64,000 nucleotides of DNA, taken from an uncultured Gammaproteobacteria bacterium (GTDB lineage: Bacteria; Patescibacteriota; Patescibacteriia; UBA10025; JAHIVO01). Below the pieces are notes generated by a model. The model was not told the DNA's origin and did not search any database. It was given only the letters and a program-made list of their open reading frames with translations. The stretch spans positions 17,706-81,705 of the forward strand of contig CAZQBL010000013.1 in NCBI GenBank assembly GCA_964592105.1. Direction: 5' to 3'. The position numbers and the translations under genes were made by a program. This document shows, piece after piece, positions 20,660 to 31,083 of this stretch. Each line of letters begins with the position of its first letter. The stretch's first letter is position 1.

Positions 20660-20839
20660 ATGGCAAAAATCTGTGACATCTGCGGTCGTGGTCCGGCCTC
20701 AGGACACTCCCGAAGCCATTCCAACATCGCCACAAAACGTAAGCACCATCTGAATCTCCAAAACACCACCTACTTGGGCAAGCGAATCAGGATTTGTGTG
20801 AATTGTCTGAAAGCCTTGACCAAAAAGGCTAAAAAATAA
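20660..20839 (+). CDS. rpmB: 50S ribosomal protein bL28 (59 aa, below ORF-track cutoff)
   Basis: MAKICDICGRGPASGHSRSHSNIATKRKHHLNLQ...RICVNCLK; TTGACC-N17-TACACT promoter at 20599-20627. Confidence 0.96.
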   Translation: MAKICDICGRGPASGHSRSHSNIATKRKHHLNLQNTTYLGKRIRICVNCLKALTKKAKK

Positions 20840-20854
20840 CCATTCAAAAAACAC

Positions 20855-20890
20855 AAAACTCCTTTTTACAAATTAAGGAGTTTTTGTTTT
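20855..20890 (+). terminator. Intrinsic terminator after rpmB
   Basis: AAAACTCCTT / AAGGAGTTTT stem followed by T-rich run. Confidence 0.7.
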
Positions 20891-21371
20891 GCTGAATAAC
20901 TACTCGAATTTTTCCAGAGCTTCTCGGGCGTAAAAATGATATCCGGCTGAAGCGCATATTCCGGTATGACTAAAAAACTTTTTTCTGGAAAACAATAAAA
21001 ACCACAGCCGTAAAATCTATCAGTTCATGAATGAGTGACATAAGATTTCCCATAGCAGATTAATTATCATAAAGCGCCTGGTCTTAACAAATAAGTTAGA
21101 AACACAAGGTATTGTAGAAAATGTGTCTGGGGCGTCGCTAAGTGATACTATAAGGTAATATGGTAGATTGAACCCTGGCCTTGACCTCCCGGCAGTTTCA
21201 TTTTGGCTTCGCTCAGGGCTAGCTTTGGTTATTTATCATGCCTGCCCGGCTAACTACGTCAGCAAACGGGCGGGCTTGCCAAGAAAAGTGAAAAAATCAT
21301 TCTGATTAAAGACCAGAGCGCAGGTGCGGAGGCCTTCGCTCGGGTATTATAAAATGATAAAAACTGCCTAT

Positions 21372-22061
21372 TTATTGCCCGAATCTCCTCTGCCTCCGAC
21401 CAAATTCCTCTATGGCTTCATCCAAATCTTTTTCTGAAAAATCCGGCCAATATTTTTTACAAAAATACAATTCTGAATAGGCCGCTTCCCAGAGCAAAAA
21501 ACCGGAAGTGCGCAGTTCTCCGGAAGTGCGAATAATTAAATCTGGATCGGGTATTTCCGGTGCGTACAAAAATTTTCCAAAAAACTCTTCAGTAATTTGT
21601 TCCAGTTTCACTCCTGTGGCGATTATTTTTTTGACGGCGTCAACTATCTCGGCCCGGCCACCGTAGTTAAGAGCCAAGCTAAATATGGCCTTAACATTAC
21701 TTTTCGTCTTAGCCATGGCCCGGCGCATCTCCTCCTGCAATACTTTGGGAAAGCCCTCAAGGCGCCCCAAGACATTAAAACGCACCCCTTTTTTATCTAA
21801 GGCGTCAATCTCATTTCGCAAAATGGACTTAAAAAGCTTCAGTAAATAATTGATCTCGTTTTTGGGACGATTCCAGTTTTCAGTGGAAAAAGTAAAAACA
21901 GTAAGATATTTAATACCGCGATCCAGACACCATTGCCCAACTTTCTTGAATGTTTCCACTCCCGTGCGGTGGCCCTCAAAGGTCGGAAGACCCCTTTCCC
22001 TGGCCCACCGCCGGTTGCCATCCATAATAATACCAATGTGTTTTGGCGACTTATCTTGCAT
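21372..22061 (-). CDS. uppS: Polyprenyl (undecaprenyl) diphosphate synthase
   Basis: HIGIIMDGNRRWA, FSTENW, NYGGR, IRTSGE.R.SGFL. Confidence 0.97.
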   Translation of the reverse strand: MQDKSPKHIGIIMDGNRRWARERGLPTFEGHRTGVETFKKVGQWCLDRGIKYLTVFTFSTENWNRPKNEINYLLKLFKSILRNEIDALDKKGVRFNVLGRLEGFPKVLQEEMRRAMAKTKSNVKAIFSLALNYGGRAEIVDAVKKIIATGVKLEQITEEFFGKFLYAPEIPDPDLIIRTSGELRTSGFLLWEAAYSELYFCKKYWPDFSEKDLDEAIEEFGRRQRRFGQ

Positions 22062-22347
22062 GCAATAAATTGTACCAAGTTTATCCAAAAAAATCAACTC
22101 TCAATAAGAAAAGGTCATAACACAGAATGACATTATGACCTATGGCGCCGCTAGAAGCGGCTGCTTGGCTAGTTTTAGCCACCATCAGTTGGACAAGGCA
22201 ATAAGAAAATTTTTTTTAATTACCTTATCCTCCTGCACCTTCTTAGAGGATCAATCTGGGTTCCGTATCACCCTCCAACTCTTTCCAGAAACGTTAGGCT
22301 ACGCCTATATCCTCACTAAAAGTGCCGATTTTGACCATGTACAAAAC

Positions 22348-22905
22348 CTATGTTGAGAATTTTTTCAATAAATTATTAAAATCCTCGCTTCGATTCAATA
22401 GCTGAACTTCCTCCACGCACCAGGGCGACCAATTTTGGGGATGGTCCGAAATTTCCTGAACAAACTCGGCCCAGGACAACCAGCGCACTTCCTCAACCTC
22501 TTCCTTGTTTAATTCGGGCTGGCTGTCGGTAAAACCGACAAAAACCGGACACAATTCATTTTCCACTACGCCATCTTTCTCCGCTCGATAACGAAAGTCG
22601 GGCAGAACTTCATGGACCTCGGACAATTCCAGGCCTAATTCGTCTTTTAATCTTCTTAAAACCGCCTGGGCCGTCGGCTCTTCCAGCTGCGGATGGCCGC
22701 AGCAAGTATTGGTCCAAACCAGTGGCCAGGTTTTCTTTTTATGACTGCGCTGCTGCAATAAAATCTCCCCTCGACTATTAAAAATAAATGAGGAAAATGC
22801 CCGATGCAGCGGCGTATTTCCGGTATGGACCGTGGCCTTAGGCGCCGTACCCAAAACTTCATTTTTGTCGTTGATCAAAACGACGTGCTCTTCTGTCTTA
22901 CTCAT
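22348..22905 (-). CDS. idi: Isopentenyl-diphosphate delta-isomerase type 1
   Basis: LHRAFS, WTNTCCGHP, ENELCPVF, EV; strong SD AAAGGAGG. Confidence 0.95.
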   Translation of the reverse strand: MSKTEEHVVLINDKNEVLGTAPKATVHTGNTPLHRAFSSFIFNSRGEILLQQRSHKKKTWPLVWTNTCCGHPQLEEPTAQAVLRRLKDELGLELSEVHEVLPDFRYRAEKDGVVENELCPVFVGFTDSQPELNKEEVEEVRWLSWAEFVQEISDHPQNWSPWCVEEVQLLNRSEDFNNLLKKFST

Positions 22906-23069
22906 GCTCTTCCTCCTTTCCTATTTTTTATTTTGTTAATTATAATACAAAACAAAAAAAATAAAAAGGAACGCCCGATATATATTTTTTATCCATAAAA
23001 AAAGACCCGGTTTTTTGCCGGAGTCGTTTTTAGAAGGGGGGTAATGTAATATTGATAATTTTTATTTTT

Positions 23070-23621
23070 TTAAAAATCCATCATATGACGCCAACCGCGA
23101 AAACCTCTCATGCCTCTCATCATATAACCACCATCGTTCTCGTCAAAATTCCGCAACCTTTCCTGCATCTGCTCCTGAGTGATCTCTCCGTCATCAACCA
23201 TGGTCTGCAAATGCTGGGTCATCCGCTCCTTCATCTGTGACTTAATTTTTTCTCGCAACTGAACATGTCCAATCCCTTTCTCATCCAATAATTGAGGAAA
23301 AGTTTTACCGTCGTCTAGCTCTTTTTTATAATCATCCAGCGACATGCCCAGAATATCCGATTGGAACTGAAGTCTGGCGTCTTCTTTCAAAATATAAAGT
23401 TGCTGATGGGTAATACCTTTATCATCCAGAAGCTTGGGTAAAGTTTTATTCTGAACCTGGACTTTTAACTCATCTGTGGAAATACCAAGTAGTTTGGCCA
23501 GTCCTTCGGAAAACTGTCCGTTGGACCAGAAACCATGACCAACACTAGCCCAGGCCACTCCCCCGCCAAAAAGGATAAGGACGCCTAAACCGATTAACGT
23601 GCCGTATATGTATTTTCTCAT
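23070..23621 (-). CDS. Secreted helical hypothetical protein with Met/Gly/Arg-rich tail
   Basis: Signal peptide (..GVAWA), repeated LG.S.DE.K...KT.PQLLD.KGI motif, MVDDGEITQEQ; ECF-type promoter upstream. Confidence 0.8.
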   Translation of the reverse strand: MRKYIYGTLIGLGVLILFGGGVAWASVGHGFWSNGQFSEGLAKLLGISTDELKVQVQNKTLPKLLDDKGITHQQLYILKEDARLQFQSDILGMSLDDYKKELDDGKTFPQLLDEKGIGHVQLREKIKSQMKERMTQHLQTMVDDGEITQEQMQERLRNFDENDGGYMMRGMRGFRGWRHMMDF

Positions 23622-23665
23622 AATTTGAAAGTATTATCTGAATTAAATAGACCTTGCATTACTTC

Positions 23666-23693
23666 ATACGCGGCCGGGCGACTATATCTTTCA
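23666..23693 (-). promoter_or_regulatory. ECF sigma (SigW-like) promoter 1
   Basis: TGAAAG-N17-CGTAT upstream of 23621 start. Confidence 0.75.
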
Positions 23694-23714
23694 ATCACCC
23701 ATCTGTGGCTAATC

Positions 23715-24380
23715 TTAGCGGCCATAAATTCTACCGTCTTTCAATTCGACAATATGGCTGGTGTATTTTCTTATATAATCGGAGTGAGTAATGACAATGA
23801 CAGTTTTTTTATTATTTTTATTAAGACTGTCAAGTATGGAAAAAATCTCCTCGCCGGTCTTGCTGTCCAAATTTCCAGTTGGCTCATCGGCTAAAATAAT
23901 GTCGGGCTCGTTGATCAGAGCTCTAGCCATGGCCACCCGCTGCTGTTCTCCACCAGAGAGCAGATTCGGCAAATGATTGACTCGTTCCTCCAAGCCTAGC
24001 TGCTTTAAAGCGGCCAAAGATTTTTTTCTATCCTGGGATGAGCGTTTAGCAATCACTGCTTCCACATTTTGGGCGGCGGTCAGCGTGGGAATCAAATTAA
24101 AATTCTGAAACACAAAGCCAATCTTATTGCGACGCAGGTCTGTTAATTTGGCTTCGCTGATTTTATTGATATTAACGTCGTCAATGAATACTTCACCGCT
24201 GGAAGGCCTATCCAGTCCGCCAAGCAACTGCAAAAGAGTGCTCTTACCTGAACCGGACTGGCCCAAAACCGCCAAAAAGTCACCTCTTTCTACCTCTAAA
24301 TTTACGCCGTCAATGGCCTTAACCACTCGCGCGCCCTGGAAAAAATATTTTTTTACGTTTTTGGCTTTAATTATTTTCAT
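23715..24380 (-). CDS. ABC transporter ATP-binding protein (LolD/MacB-type)
   Basis: [33 protein letters not shown]. Confidence 0.97.
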   Translation of the reverse strand: MKIIKAKNVKKYFFQGARVVKAIDGVNLEVERGDFLAVLGQSGSGKSTLLQLLGGLDRPSSGEVFIDDVNINKISEAKLTDLRRNKIGFVFQNFNLIPTLTAAQNVEAVIAKRSSQDRKKSLAALKQLGLEERVNHLPNLLSGGEQQRVAMARALINEPDIILADEPTGNLDSKTGEEIFSILDSLNKNNKKTVIVITHSDYIRKYTSHIVELKDGRIYGR

Positions 24381-24397
24381 AAATTTTGTATTAACAC

Positions 24398-26053
24398 TTA
24401 CTCAATATTACGGAGAGCTTCCTGGGGCTTCATTTTCGATGCTTTGATAGCCGCCAAAGTTCCGGCAAAAATTGAACCAATAACAGCCACTAGTGAACCT
24501 AGCAAAAAAACCATATTTGAATAGATAATTTTCAAAGGTACTTGCGTGGAAACCGTGGTGTTAGTACCGTTACCGCCCAGGAAAAATCTTCGCGCAAAAC
24601 TAAATCCCTGGTTCTGGCTGGCACTGGCGATTGTGGCCGAGAGAGAGATATCAAAATGGTTGAGCAACGCGATAGCTCCCGCGGCCAAGCCAAGTCCCAA
24701 GACCGCACCTATCACTCCCAATACTAAATTTTCGGCGATAATTTGCCTGATTATTATAGCGTTGCCCCAACCAATTGCTTTCAATGTTCCAATTTCACGT
24801 ATCCTTTTATTTACCGAGAGTATGGTGAGCAAACTAACAATGATAAAAGCCGCGGAAATAACAATAACACTGGTTACTCCAATAAATTTATTGGTTAGGT
24901 TCGCGACGTTTACTAGACTACCACTAACTTCCTGAGCAGTATCTTTAGAATTAGTAACTACAGCTCCGATAAAAGCGTCCTCAAGTTTTTTACTCGTATC
25001 CTCAACCGATTGAGCATTGGTCGACTTGATAAGCATAATATTAATTTTCCCATCTCGTTCGGCGATAGCTTGCAAATCGGTAAGCGGCAAATACAAATCG
25101 GCCGTGTTGGTATACAGTTTCGGCTCGACAATACCAACCAAGGTCCAGTTTTTACCGCCAAGATTTATTGTCCCACCAAGAACGTAATTCTGTTTATCGG
25201 CGTAGGATTTATTGGCGATTATCTGGTTATCACCGTTAAACCAGGTACCGCTGGTAATATGATCCGGTAAAATCAGACCGATGTCCGTTTTTGACATATC
25301 CACACCGGCCACCGTCAAACTATTCGAACTGATATTAGTTTCTATTGGCCCTACATGCTGGGTATATGTTCGTTCCGGAGCGGTAAACCTAAAAGACTGA
25401 TTTTTAAAACGTTCGGGCATGGCCTCATCCATGGCTTTACGCATAGATTCCATCCCTTCCGGCGACCGCGGATCAATACCCTTCACCTTCAGCTCCTCTT
25501 CAACCTTTTTCCGGGCAGAATCTTGAGCCGCCCGTTCTTCATCGGTCATTGGTTCAATTTTCTGATTAACCTCAAAAGTTTCGCCTCCGGTAGTTACTTC
25601 CGTTGTTACGTCAGGTATCGTACCTTCCTGGTGTATTACTTGCATAATCAGTCCGGCTGCTGCCTTGGCAACCAATGACTTATTAAGGTTGTCAATTTCC
25701 TTCTGATCAAAAGTCATCAGCGATCCCGGCAAGAAAGTATCATAAGAAAATGTCTCTCCCGGATTACCTAGATTAGCTAAATTAAGGCCAATCCTATTAT
25801 CCTGCATCAATTCATTACGGGAAGTCTCGTCGAGTGAAACCATACTTTCGTTATCAACGGATCTCGTAACCATTATATCTGTCCCCACATTTTGTAAAGG
25901 ATTCAATACCTTATCCTGGGCAGTGGATAAACTTTGCGACACGGAAATAATAACGATAATCACAGAGCTGGCCATGGCCAGACCCAAGGAAATCGTCAAA
26001 GTTTTTCCAAAACGACGAATCAGCTCCGCCCCCAAATAACGCAAATAGAACAT
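24398..26053 (-). CDS. ABC transporter permease, MacB/FtsX family
   Basis: N-terminal TM, large periplasmic domain, R.REIGTLKAIGW, C-terminal P.EALR. Confidence 0.95.
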   Translation of the reverse strand: MFYLRYLGAELIRRFGKTLTISLGLAMASSVIIVIISVSQSLSTAQDKVLNPLQNVGTDIMVTRSVDNESMVSLDETSRNELMQDNRIGLNLANLGNPGETFSYDTFLPGSLMTFDQKEIDNLNKSLVAKAAAGLIMQVIHQEGTIPDVTTEVTTGGETFEVNQKIEPMTDEERAAQDSARKKVEEELKVKGIDPRSPEGMESMRKAMDEAMPERFKNQSFRFTAPERTYTQHVGPIETNISSNSLTVAGVDMSKTDIGLILPDHITSGTWFNGDNQIIANKSYADKQNYVLGGTINLGGKNWTLVGIVEPKLYTNTADLYLPLTDLQAIAERDGKINIMLIKSTNAQSVEDTSKKLEDAFIGAVVTNSKDTAQEVSGSLVNVANLTNKFIGVTSVIVISAAFIIVSLLTILSVNKRIREIGTLKAIGWGNAIIIRQIIAENLVLGVIGAVLGLGLAAGAIALLNHFDISLSATIASASQNQGFSFARRFFLGGNGTNTTVSTQVPLKIIYSNMVFLLGSLVAVIGSIFAGTLAAIKASKMKPQEALRNIE

Positions 26054-26188
26054 AGTTTTCTATATATCATGATTTAATTAATCCGAAAATTTTTTACACA
26101 TCCTTTAAAAAAATATTCTAGAAAATTATTAAAAATTCTCTATTAATTACAATACTTTTGCCATAAAAGATTTACACTACATTATCTT

Positions 26189-26216
26189 ATACGCGCCCCT
26201 TCTGATTATTATTTCA
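26189..26216 (-). promoter_or_regulatory. ECF sigma (SigW-like) promoter 2
   Basis: TGAAAT-N17-CGTAT upstream of the ABC permease. Confidence 0.75.
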
Positions 26217-26327
26217 AAAATTTCACTGAAGCTGCAGTCAATCAGACCATTTAAAAAAATCACCAAGAAAACAGACGAGAGAGTCTACTTTCCGGTAAGG
26301 TACGCGAATATTAAGGGTAGTAAATAT

Positions 26328-26717
26328 TTACGCCAAGGGCGGCCCCCTGACGCCAAAGTCGGGCCTATGCTGATTATCGACTTTAGCATAGGATTGGTCG
26401 ACCAAAGTAAAAAGCTGATTGACTTGATCATCTGTTATGGTGCCCTGGTTATCAATGAAAACTCCGGCCAGCGTGGCTAACGAAATCTCCGCGGCGGGCT
26501 TTGGAAAACTTTTATGATCCGACTGTTCGTCAATAGTGGCAGCGGGCGTTATTTGGTCTATAAACGCAACATCACTTTTACGCGCTAACATGGTAAAATC
26601 AGAATAGCCTTTTATCTTCAACTGATTATCCACTAAATTGCCAGCCACGACCATGGCGCTCAGAAATAATAACAGACTAATCATACCGAATAATATTGGA
26701 GTGAAAATATTAAACAT
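26328..26717 (-). CDS. Membrane-anchored hypothetical protein ending in RGPP (candidate arrest peptide)
   Basis: N-terminal TM, C-terminal ...PDFGVRGPPLA*. Confidence 0.7.
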   Translation of the reverse strand: MFNIFTPILFGMISLLLFLSAMVVAGNLVDNQLKIKGYSDFTMLARKSDVAFIDQITPAATIDEQSDHKSFPKPAAEISLATLAGVFIDNQGTITDDQVNQLFTLVDQSYAKVDNQHRPDFGVRGPPLA

Positions 26718-26755
26718 AAATTGTTAATCCTCTGCTTTTGGCCTCGCATTACTTA

Positions 26756-26783
26756 ATACGACTGATAATTAATAATCATTTCA
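26756..26783 (-). promoter_or_regulatory. ECF sigma (SigW-like) promoter 3
   Basis: TGAAAT-N17-CGTAT upstream of 26717 start. Confidence 0.75.
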
Positions 26784-26844
26784 TTTACCAAAAACCCCGT
26801 TTTTTCATCGGGGTTATGGTTCATCTAGTAATAAAAACGAATTG

Positions 26845-27627
26845 TTATCGCCTAAAAGGTTTGACTCCCGGTGGTCGGGCAGCATTAAACGGCATAACAT
26901 GTATCCTGCCTCTGATCTCGCCCGGACCCACAAAAAATGGCATCACTCTGATAGCGCTGAAAATATGTTCATTAGCTGACCGCAAATCACCTATAATCCT
27001 GACCAACTGCCCCTCTTCGAAGGAAAATATGGTTGGCTGGTAAGTGTTCGCTTCAACCACGATCCAATTCTGACCGGAAAAATCCTCTAACTCAAACAAC
27101 TGAGGCTTGGCAAGCTCCTTGATTACTTCTCCGGCTAGTAAACCTCTCTCCGGCTGGACCAATAACTGCTCGCGGTCATGCATCAGCACCCCATAAAAAG
27201 GCACCTGACGATTGAGAAAATAGTGTATTTGGGACGCCAAACCAAAACAGTAAACAGTGCCGCCCAAAACTAAACTCAACGCTAAGCTACCAATGACAAC
27301 CCAGTAGGCATGATATTTATAGCCTTCTTTGGTATGGCGGGCGTTGTAATAAGCCAACAACACAAATAAGGCCATGATGACTATCCACAGATATGGCATG
27401 GTGTCCAAAAAATGCTGAAAAGGAGTGCGCGGCAGATATTCTAGTACCTCCCAATCGGAATTGACAAATTCGAACAATATTACACTAAAAGCCAAACTAC
27501 CGATCAGAACTGAAACCGCTGCTGCCGCCCAAACCAACCAGTGTTTAAGCAAAAACTGCCAGCGAGGCTTAGGCTTGATGCCCGCTTCCTTAATTGTCTG
27601 GATGATTTTTTCGCTAATGTCGTTCAT
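26845..27627 (-). CDS. Putative membrane anti-sigma factor
   Basis: Three TM segments plus extracytoplasmic beta domain; 4-nt overlap with the ECF sigma stop. Confidence 0.7.
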   Translation of the reverse strand: MNDISEKIIQTIKEAGIKPKPRWQFLLKHWLVWAAAAVSVLIGSLAFSVILFEFVNSDWEVLEYLPRTPFQHFLDTMPYLWIVIMALFVLLAYYNARHTKEGYKYHAYWVVIGSLALSLVLGGTVYCFGLASQIHYFLNRQVPFYGVLMHDREQLLVQPERGLLAGEVIKELAKPQLFELEDFSGQNWIVVEANTYQPTIFSFEEGQLVRIIGDLRSANEHIFSAIRVMPFFVGPGEIRGRIHVMPFNAARPPGVKPFRR

Positions 27628-28208
27628 ATTCCTATATTTCCATTTTTTATTGCTTCACGTAATTTTTCCTTGGCCCTACTCAATAAAGTCCCCACCGTAC
27701 CGATGGGTTTTTTTAAAATATCCGATATTTCCTGATAATCCCTTTCCTCTAAATACTTTAACACCAGAACTTCTTTATATTTTGAATCTAACTCGGCCAA
27801 TAGTTTACGCACAACTTCGCCTGTCAATCGGCTGCTGATTTTTTCATGTAAGTCTTTACCGTCTTTTATCAGGGCCAAAATTTTCTCACCCTCTTCGCCG
27901 TTGATTGTCTGGGTCCTGGCCTGATTACTACGATAATAACTGATAACTTTGTTATGAGTTATACGATAAATCCATGAAGAAAATTTCAAACTTTGATCAA
28001 AATCGTTTAAATTTCGATATACGGTCAAAAAAATTTCCTGCAACAAATCCTCGATATCTTCTCTGGCCAGACCGGAAATACGAAAAATATACCTTGTCAG
28101 TTTGTGTTCGTATCTTTTCACCAGCCCCCCATACCAATCGGGGTTTTGAATGGTCAATTTAACCAGCTCCTCGTCTGATTTATTTTGGAAATCCTCAATG
28201 GGTATCAT
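27624..28208 (-). CDS. ECF RNA polymerase sigma factor (SigW-like)
   Basis: SDEELV, EDLLQEIF, FSSWIYRITHN, YQEISDILKKPIGTVGTLLSRAK. Confidence 0.95.
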   Translation of the reverse strand: MIPIEDFQNKSDEELVKLTIQNPDWYGGLVKRYEHKLTRYIFRISGLAREDIEDLLQEIFLTVYRNLNDFDQSLKFSSWIYRITHNKVISYYRSNQARTQTINGEEGEKILALIKDGKDLHEKISSRLTGEVVRKLLAELDSKYKEVLVLKYLEERDYQEISDILKKPIGTVGTLLSRAKEKLREAIKNGNIGI

Positions 28209-28731
28209 AAAAAACAACCGTCAATTAAGTAGTACGTATTATAACATGAATTTATTTTGAAAACACCACCAATCAATCAAAGTTGTTGACTGCCCGGCCG
28301 TCAGTTCAGATCTTCTGCAATTTTATAACAACTCCCTCGGAACACTGGTCCTCAAAAAACGGCCTACAAAAGTGAAAATAAAACGAATGCGCTACACTGT
28401 GTCGGCATATAAACGGAGTCGAGGGGCTGGGTAATCACGTTGACGCAATAGTTCTGAAAATTTTGGCAATTCGAGAATCTATGGCTACTCCCGCCGGAGT
28501 GAACAATAATAAAATAACGCTTTGCAAAAACTCGGACCGACTTAACACATTAAACTGGCTGGTTTATTTATCCACGATAATCCGAAAAAATCTAAAAATT
28601 AAGCAGCGATAACGCCTGGTTAATGACAGCGCTGAGATCAGTAACCATAACAAAATCTATTTATATTGTTTAAGATAAGGCCTGGGTTATTTTGTGGTGG
28701 AAGAAGTATATCATTCATATCCACCCCTACT

Positions 28732-30939
28732 TCAACCCCGCCACCGTTTTAAAAGTAGTGAATTGGCTACCACTGAAACGCTAGATAATGCCATGGCCGC
28801 TCCGGCAATCTCGGGTCGCAGCTGCCAGCCGAAAATCGGAAAAAACGCTCCGGCGGCAATGGGAATGCCGGCAACATTATAGATAAGTGCCCAAAAAAAG
28901 TTCTGCACAATTTTACGAAATGTGGCACGTGACAGACTGATCGATTTCACCACATCCATCAGATCATTTTTTACCAGCACAATCTGTCCGGTCTCCAGGG
29001 CCACATCCGTACCCGAACCAATAGCAATGCCGAGGTCAGCGCTGGCTAAAGCCGGGGCGTCATTGATGCCATCGCCGACAAAGGCAACTTTCTTGCCTTC
29101 AGCCCGAAGTTTCTTGACTTCATTGGCTTTTTCCCTCGGTAACACTTCAGCTAACACGCGATCAATGCCAAGCTGTCGGGCAATGGCCTGGGCCGTCCGT
29201 TTATTATCGCCGGTGATCATCACTACTTCAATGCCTTTTTTCTTTAACGCTTCTATAGCCGGCACGGCGCTCGGCTTGGCTTGGTCAGCCACCGCAATCC
29301 AGCCGACAATTTTCTTATTCACGCCGATAATCATGACTGTTTTACCGGTCCGCTCCATGGTTTCAATATCGCCGGAGATTGCCGTCAAATCAACCCTCTC
29401 CCGTTCGAATAATTTCCGATTTCCTAAAATAACATTACGGCCATCGATGATGCCTTTAACGCCATGTCCAGGTACCGCGGAAAAGCTAACTACTTCTGAT
29501 AACTGAAGATTTTGCTCCTGAGCTTTTTTGATAATCGCGGATGCCAAGGGATGCTCTGACTTTTTTTCAATTGAGGCAGCCAGGCGTAGTATTTCGTTGC
29601 TCGAACCTTCATCCTTTGCCCCAATATCTGTTACCTCCGGTTTGCCATTGGTCAATGTACCGGTTTTATCAAATACCACCGCAGAAATTTTTCGCGCCGC
29701 CTCCAGCGCCTCCCCACCCTTAATTAAAATACCTTGTGAGGCTCCTAGACCAGTGCCCGTAATAATGGCGGTTGGTGTGGCTAACCCAAGAGCGCACGGA
29801 CAGGCGATAACCAGCACGGCCACAAACGCCAGCAGACTCGGAACAAGCGGCTGTAACGCTAAAAAATACCAAGCCACAAACGTAATCAACGCCAGGGCAA
29901 TTACTATCGGTACAAAATACGCGGACACCCGATCGGCCAACCGCTGGATCGGCGCCTTGGACGCCTGGGCATCCTCCACCAGCTTGATAATGCCGGCCAA
30001 CAATGTATCCCTGCCGACTTTGGTGGCTTTGAACAAAAATGAACGGTGCATATTAATCGTGCCACCGATGACGACATCACCCTTATTTTTTTCGACCGGA
30101 ATACTTTCTCCGGTAACCATTGACTCGTCAACCGAAGATGTACCGTCCTCAATCGTTCCATCAACCGGAATCTTGGTACCGGGTTTAACGCGGATCAAAT
30201 CACCTGCCACAATCTGTTCTAGGGGCACTTCTTGTTCAACTCCGTCGCGCAACACAATGGCAGTCTTGGGCGCCAAACCTATCAGCTTTTTAATCGCTTC
30301 CCCGGCCTTCCCCTTTGCTCGCGCTTCCAGCCATTTACCTAGCAAAACTAAAGTGATAAGAATGCTACCAATCTCAAAGTAAACTTCGCCATCAACCAGC
30401 CCGAAAACTACCAATATTGAATACAGATAGGCCGCAGACGTGCCAATAGCAATCAAACTGTCCATGTTGGCGGTCCGGGCCTTCAGCGCCCCCCAGAAGC
30501 CGCGGTAAAATTGCCACCCAGCCCAGAACTGGATCGGCGTAGCAAATAAAAATTGTAACCACCCGCGGTATGGAATTTCCTCTATCTGTGGAATGACATT
30601 CATACCCATACTTAAAATAAGAACCGGAAGCGCCAATAAAACACTGATGATAAATTTTACTTTGACGCTGCTGATTTCCTTGGCTCGTGCCATATCCTCG
30701 GATTGACGTGCCTGGCTGTCATCTTTTAGCTCACTGGCGTTATACCCGATTTCCTGGACGCGCTGTATTAACTTATCGATGGTAGCCTGCGACTGGTCAT
30801 GAATCACGTGCGCCCGCTCAGTGCCATAATTAACACTCGCCTTCTCGACGCCCGGCGTTTTATTCAATTGCCGCTCAATCAGCTGGGCGCATGAAGCACA
30901 GTGCATCTTACGTAATGATAATGTTGTTTGTTGAGTCAT
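28732..30939 (-). CDS. copA: Cu(I)-translocating P1B-type ATPase
   Basis: HMA MHCASC, TGES, CPCALG, DKTGT, HP, GDGIND, YN and MALSS motifs. Confidence 0.96.
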   Translation of the reverse strand: MTQQTTLSLRKMHCASCAQLIERQLNKTPGVEKASVNYGTERAHVIHDQSQATIDKLIQRVQEIGYNASELKDDSQARQSEDMARAKEISSVKVKFIISVLLALPVLILSMGMNVIPQIEEIPYRGWLQFLFATPIQFWAGWQFYRGFWGALKARTANMDSLIAIGTSAAYLYSILVVFGLVDGEVYFEIGSILITLVLLGKWLEARAKGKAGEAIKKLIGLAPKTAIVLRDGVEQEVPLEQIVAGDLIRVKPGTKIPVDGTIEDGTSSVDESMVTGESIPVEKNKGDVVIGGTINMHRSFLFKATKVGRDTLLAGIIKLVEDAQASKAPIQRLADRVSAYFVPIVIALALITFVAWYFLALQPLVPSLLAFVAVLVIACPCALGLATPTAIITGTGLGASQGILIKGGEALEAARKISAVVFDKTGTLTNGKPEVTDIGAKDEGSSNEILRLAASIEKKSEHPLASAIIKKAQEQNLQLSEVVSFSAVPGHGVKGIIDGRNVILGNRKLFERERVDLTAISGDIETMERTGKTVMIIGVNKKIVGWIAVADQAKPSAVPAIEALKKKGIEVVMITGDNKRTAQAIARQLGIDRVLAEVLPREKANEVKKLRAEGKKVAFVGDGINDAPALASADLGIAIGSGTDVALETGQIVLVKNDLMDVVKSISLSRATFRKIVQNFFWALIYNVAGIPIAAGAFFPIFGWQLRPEIAGAAMALSSVSVVANSLLLKRWRG

Positions 30940-30957
30940 AATGTTCTTTGATTAACA

Positions 30958-31081
30958 CCGCGTTTGTCGTATGGGCAACACCCCACTCTTCAGTCATGTC
31001 GAGTAAAACCGAGACGTCTCTATTGCAGTGGTCACCGTTATTAACTGAGACGTCTCGATTCCCTCGACGTCACAAACGCGG
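30958..31081. repeat. Nested inverted-repeat (REP/MITE-like) element
   Basis: CCGCGTTTGT/ACAAACGCGG outer arms, GTCGAG/CTCGAC, two GAGACGTCTC palindromes. Confidence 0.7.
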
Positions 31082-31083
31082 AA

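Noticed and set aside
22135-22356. 73-aa plus-strand ORF between uppS and idi
   Set aside because: No recognisable motif or initiation signal; overlaps the idi stop
28260-28720. Possible decayed membrane-protein gene after copA
   Set aside because: Only short hydrophobic fragments; no family could be recognised
28922-30382. Long plus-strand ORFs of 194 and 284 aa
   Set aside because: Antisense shadow of copA
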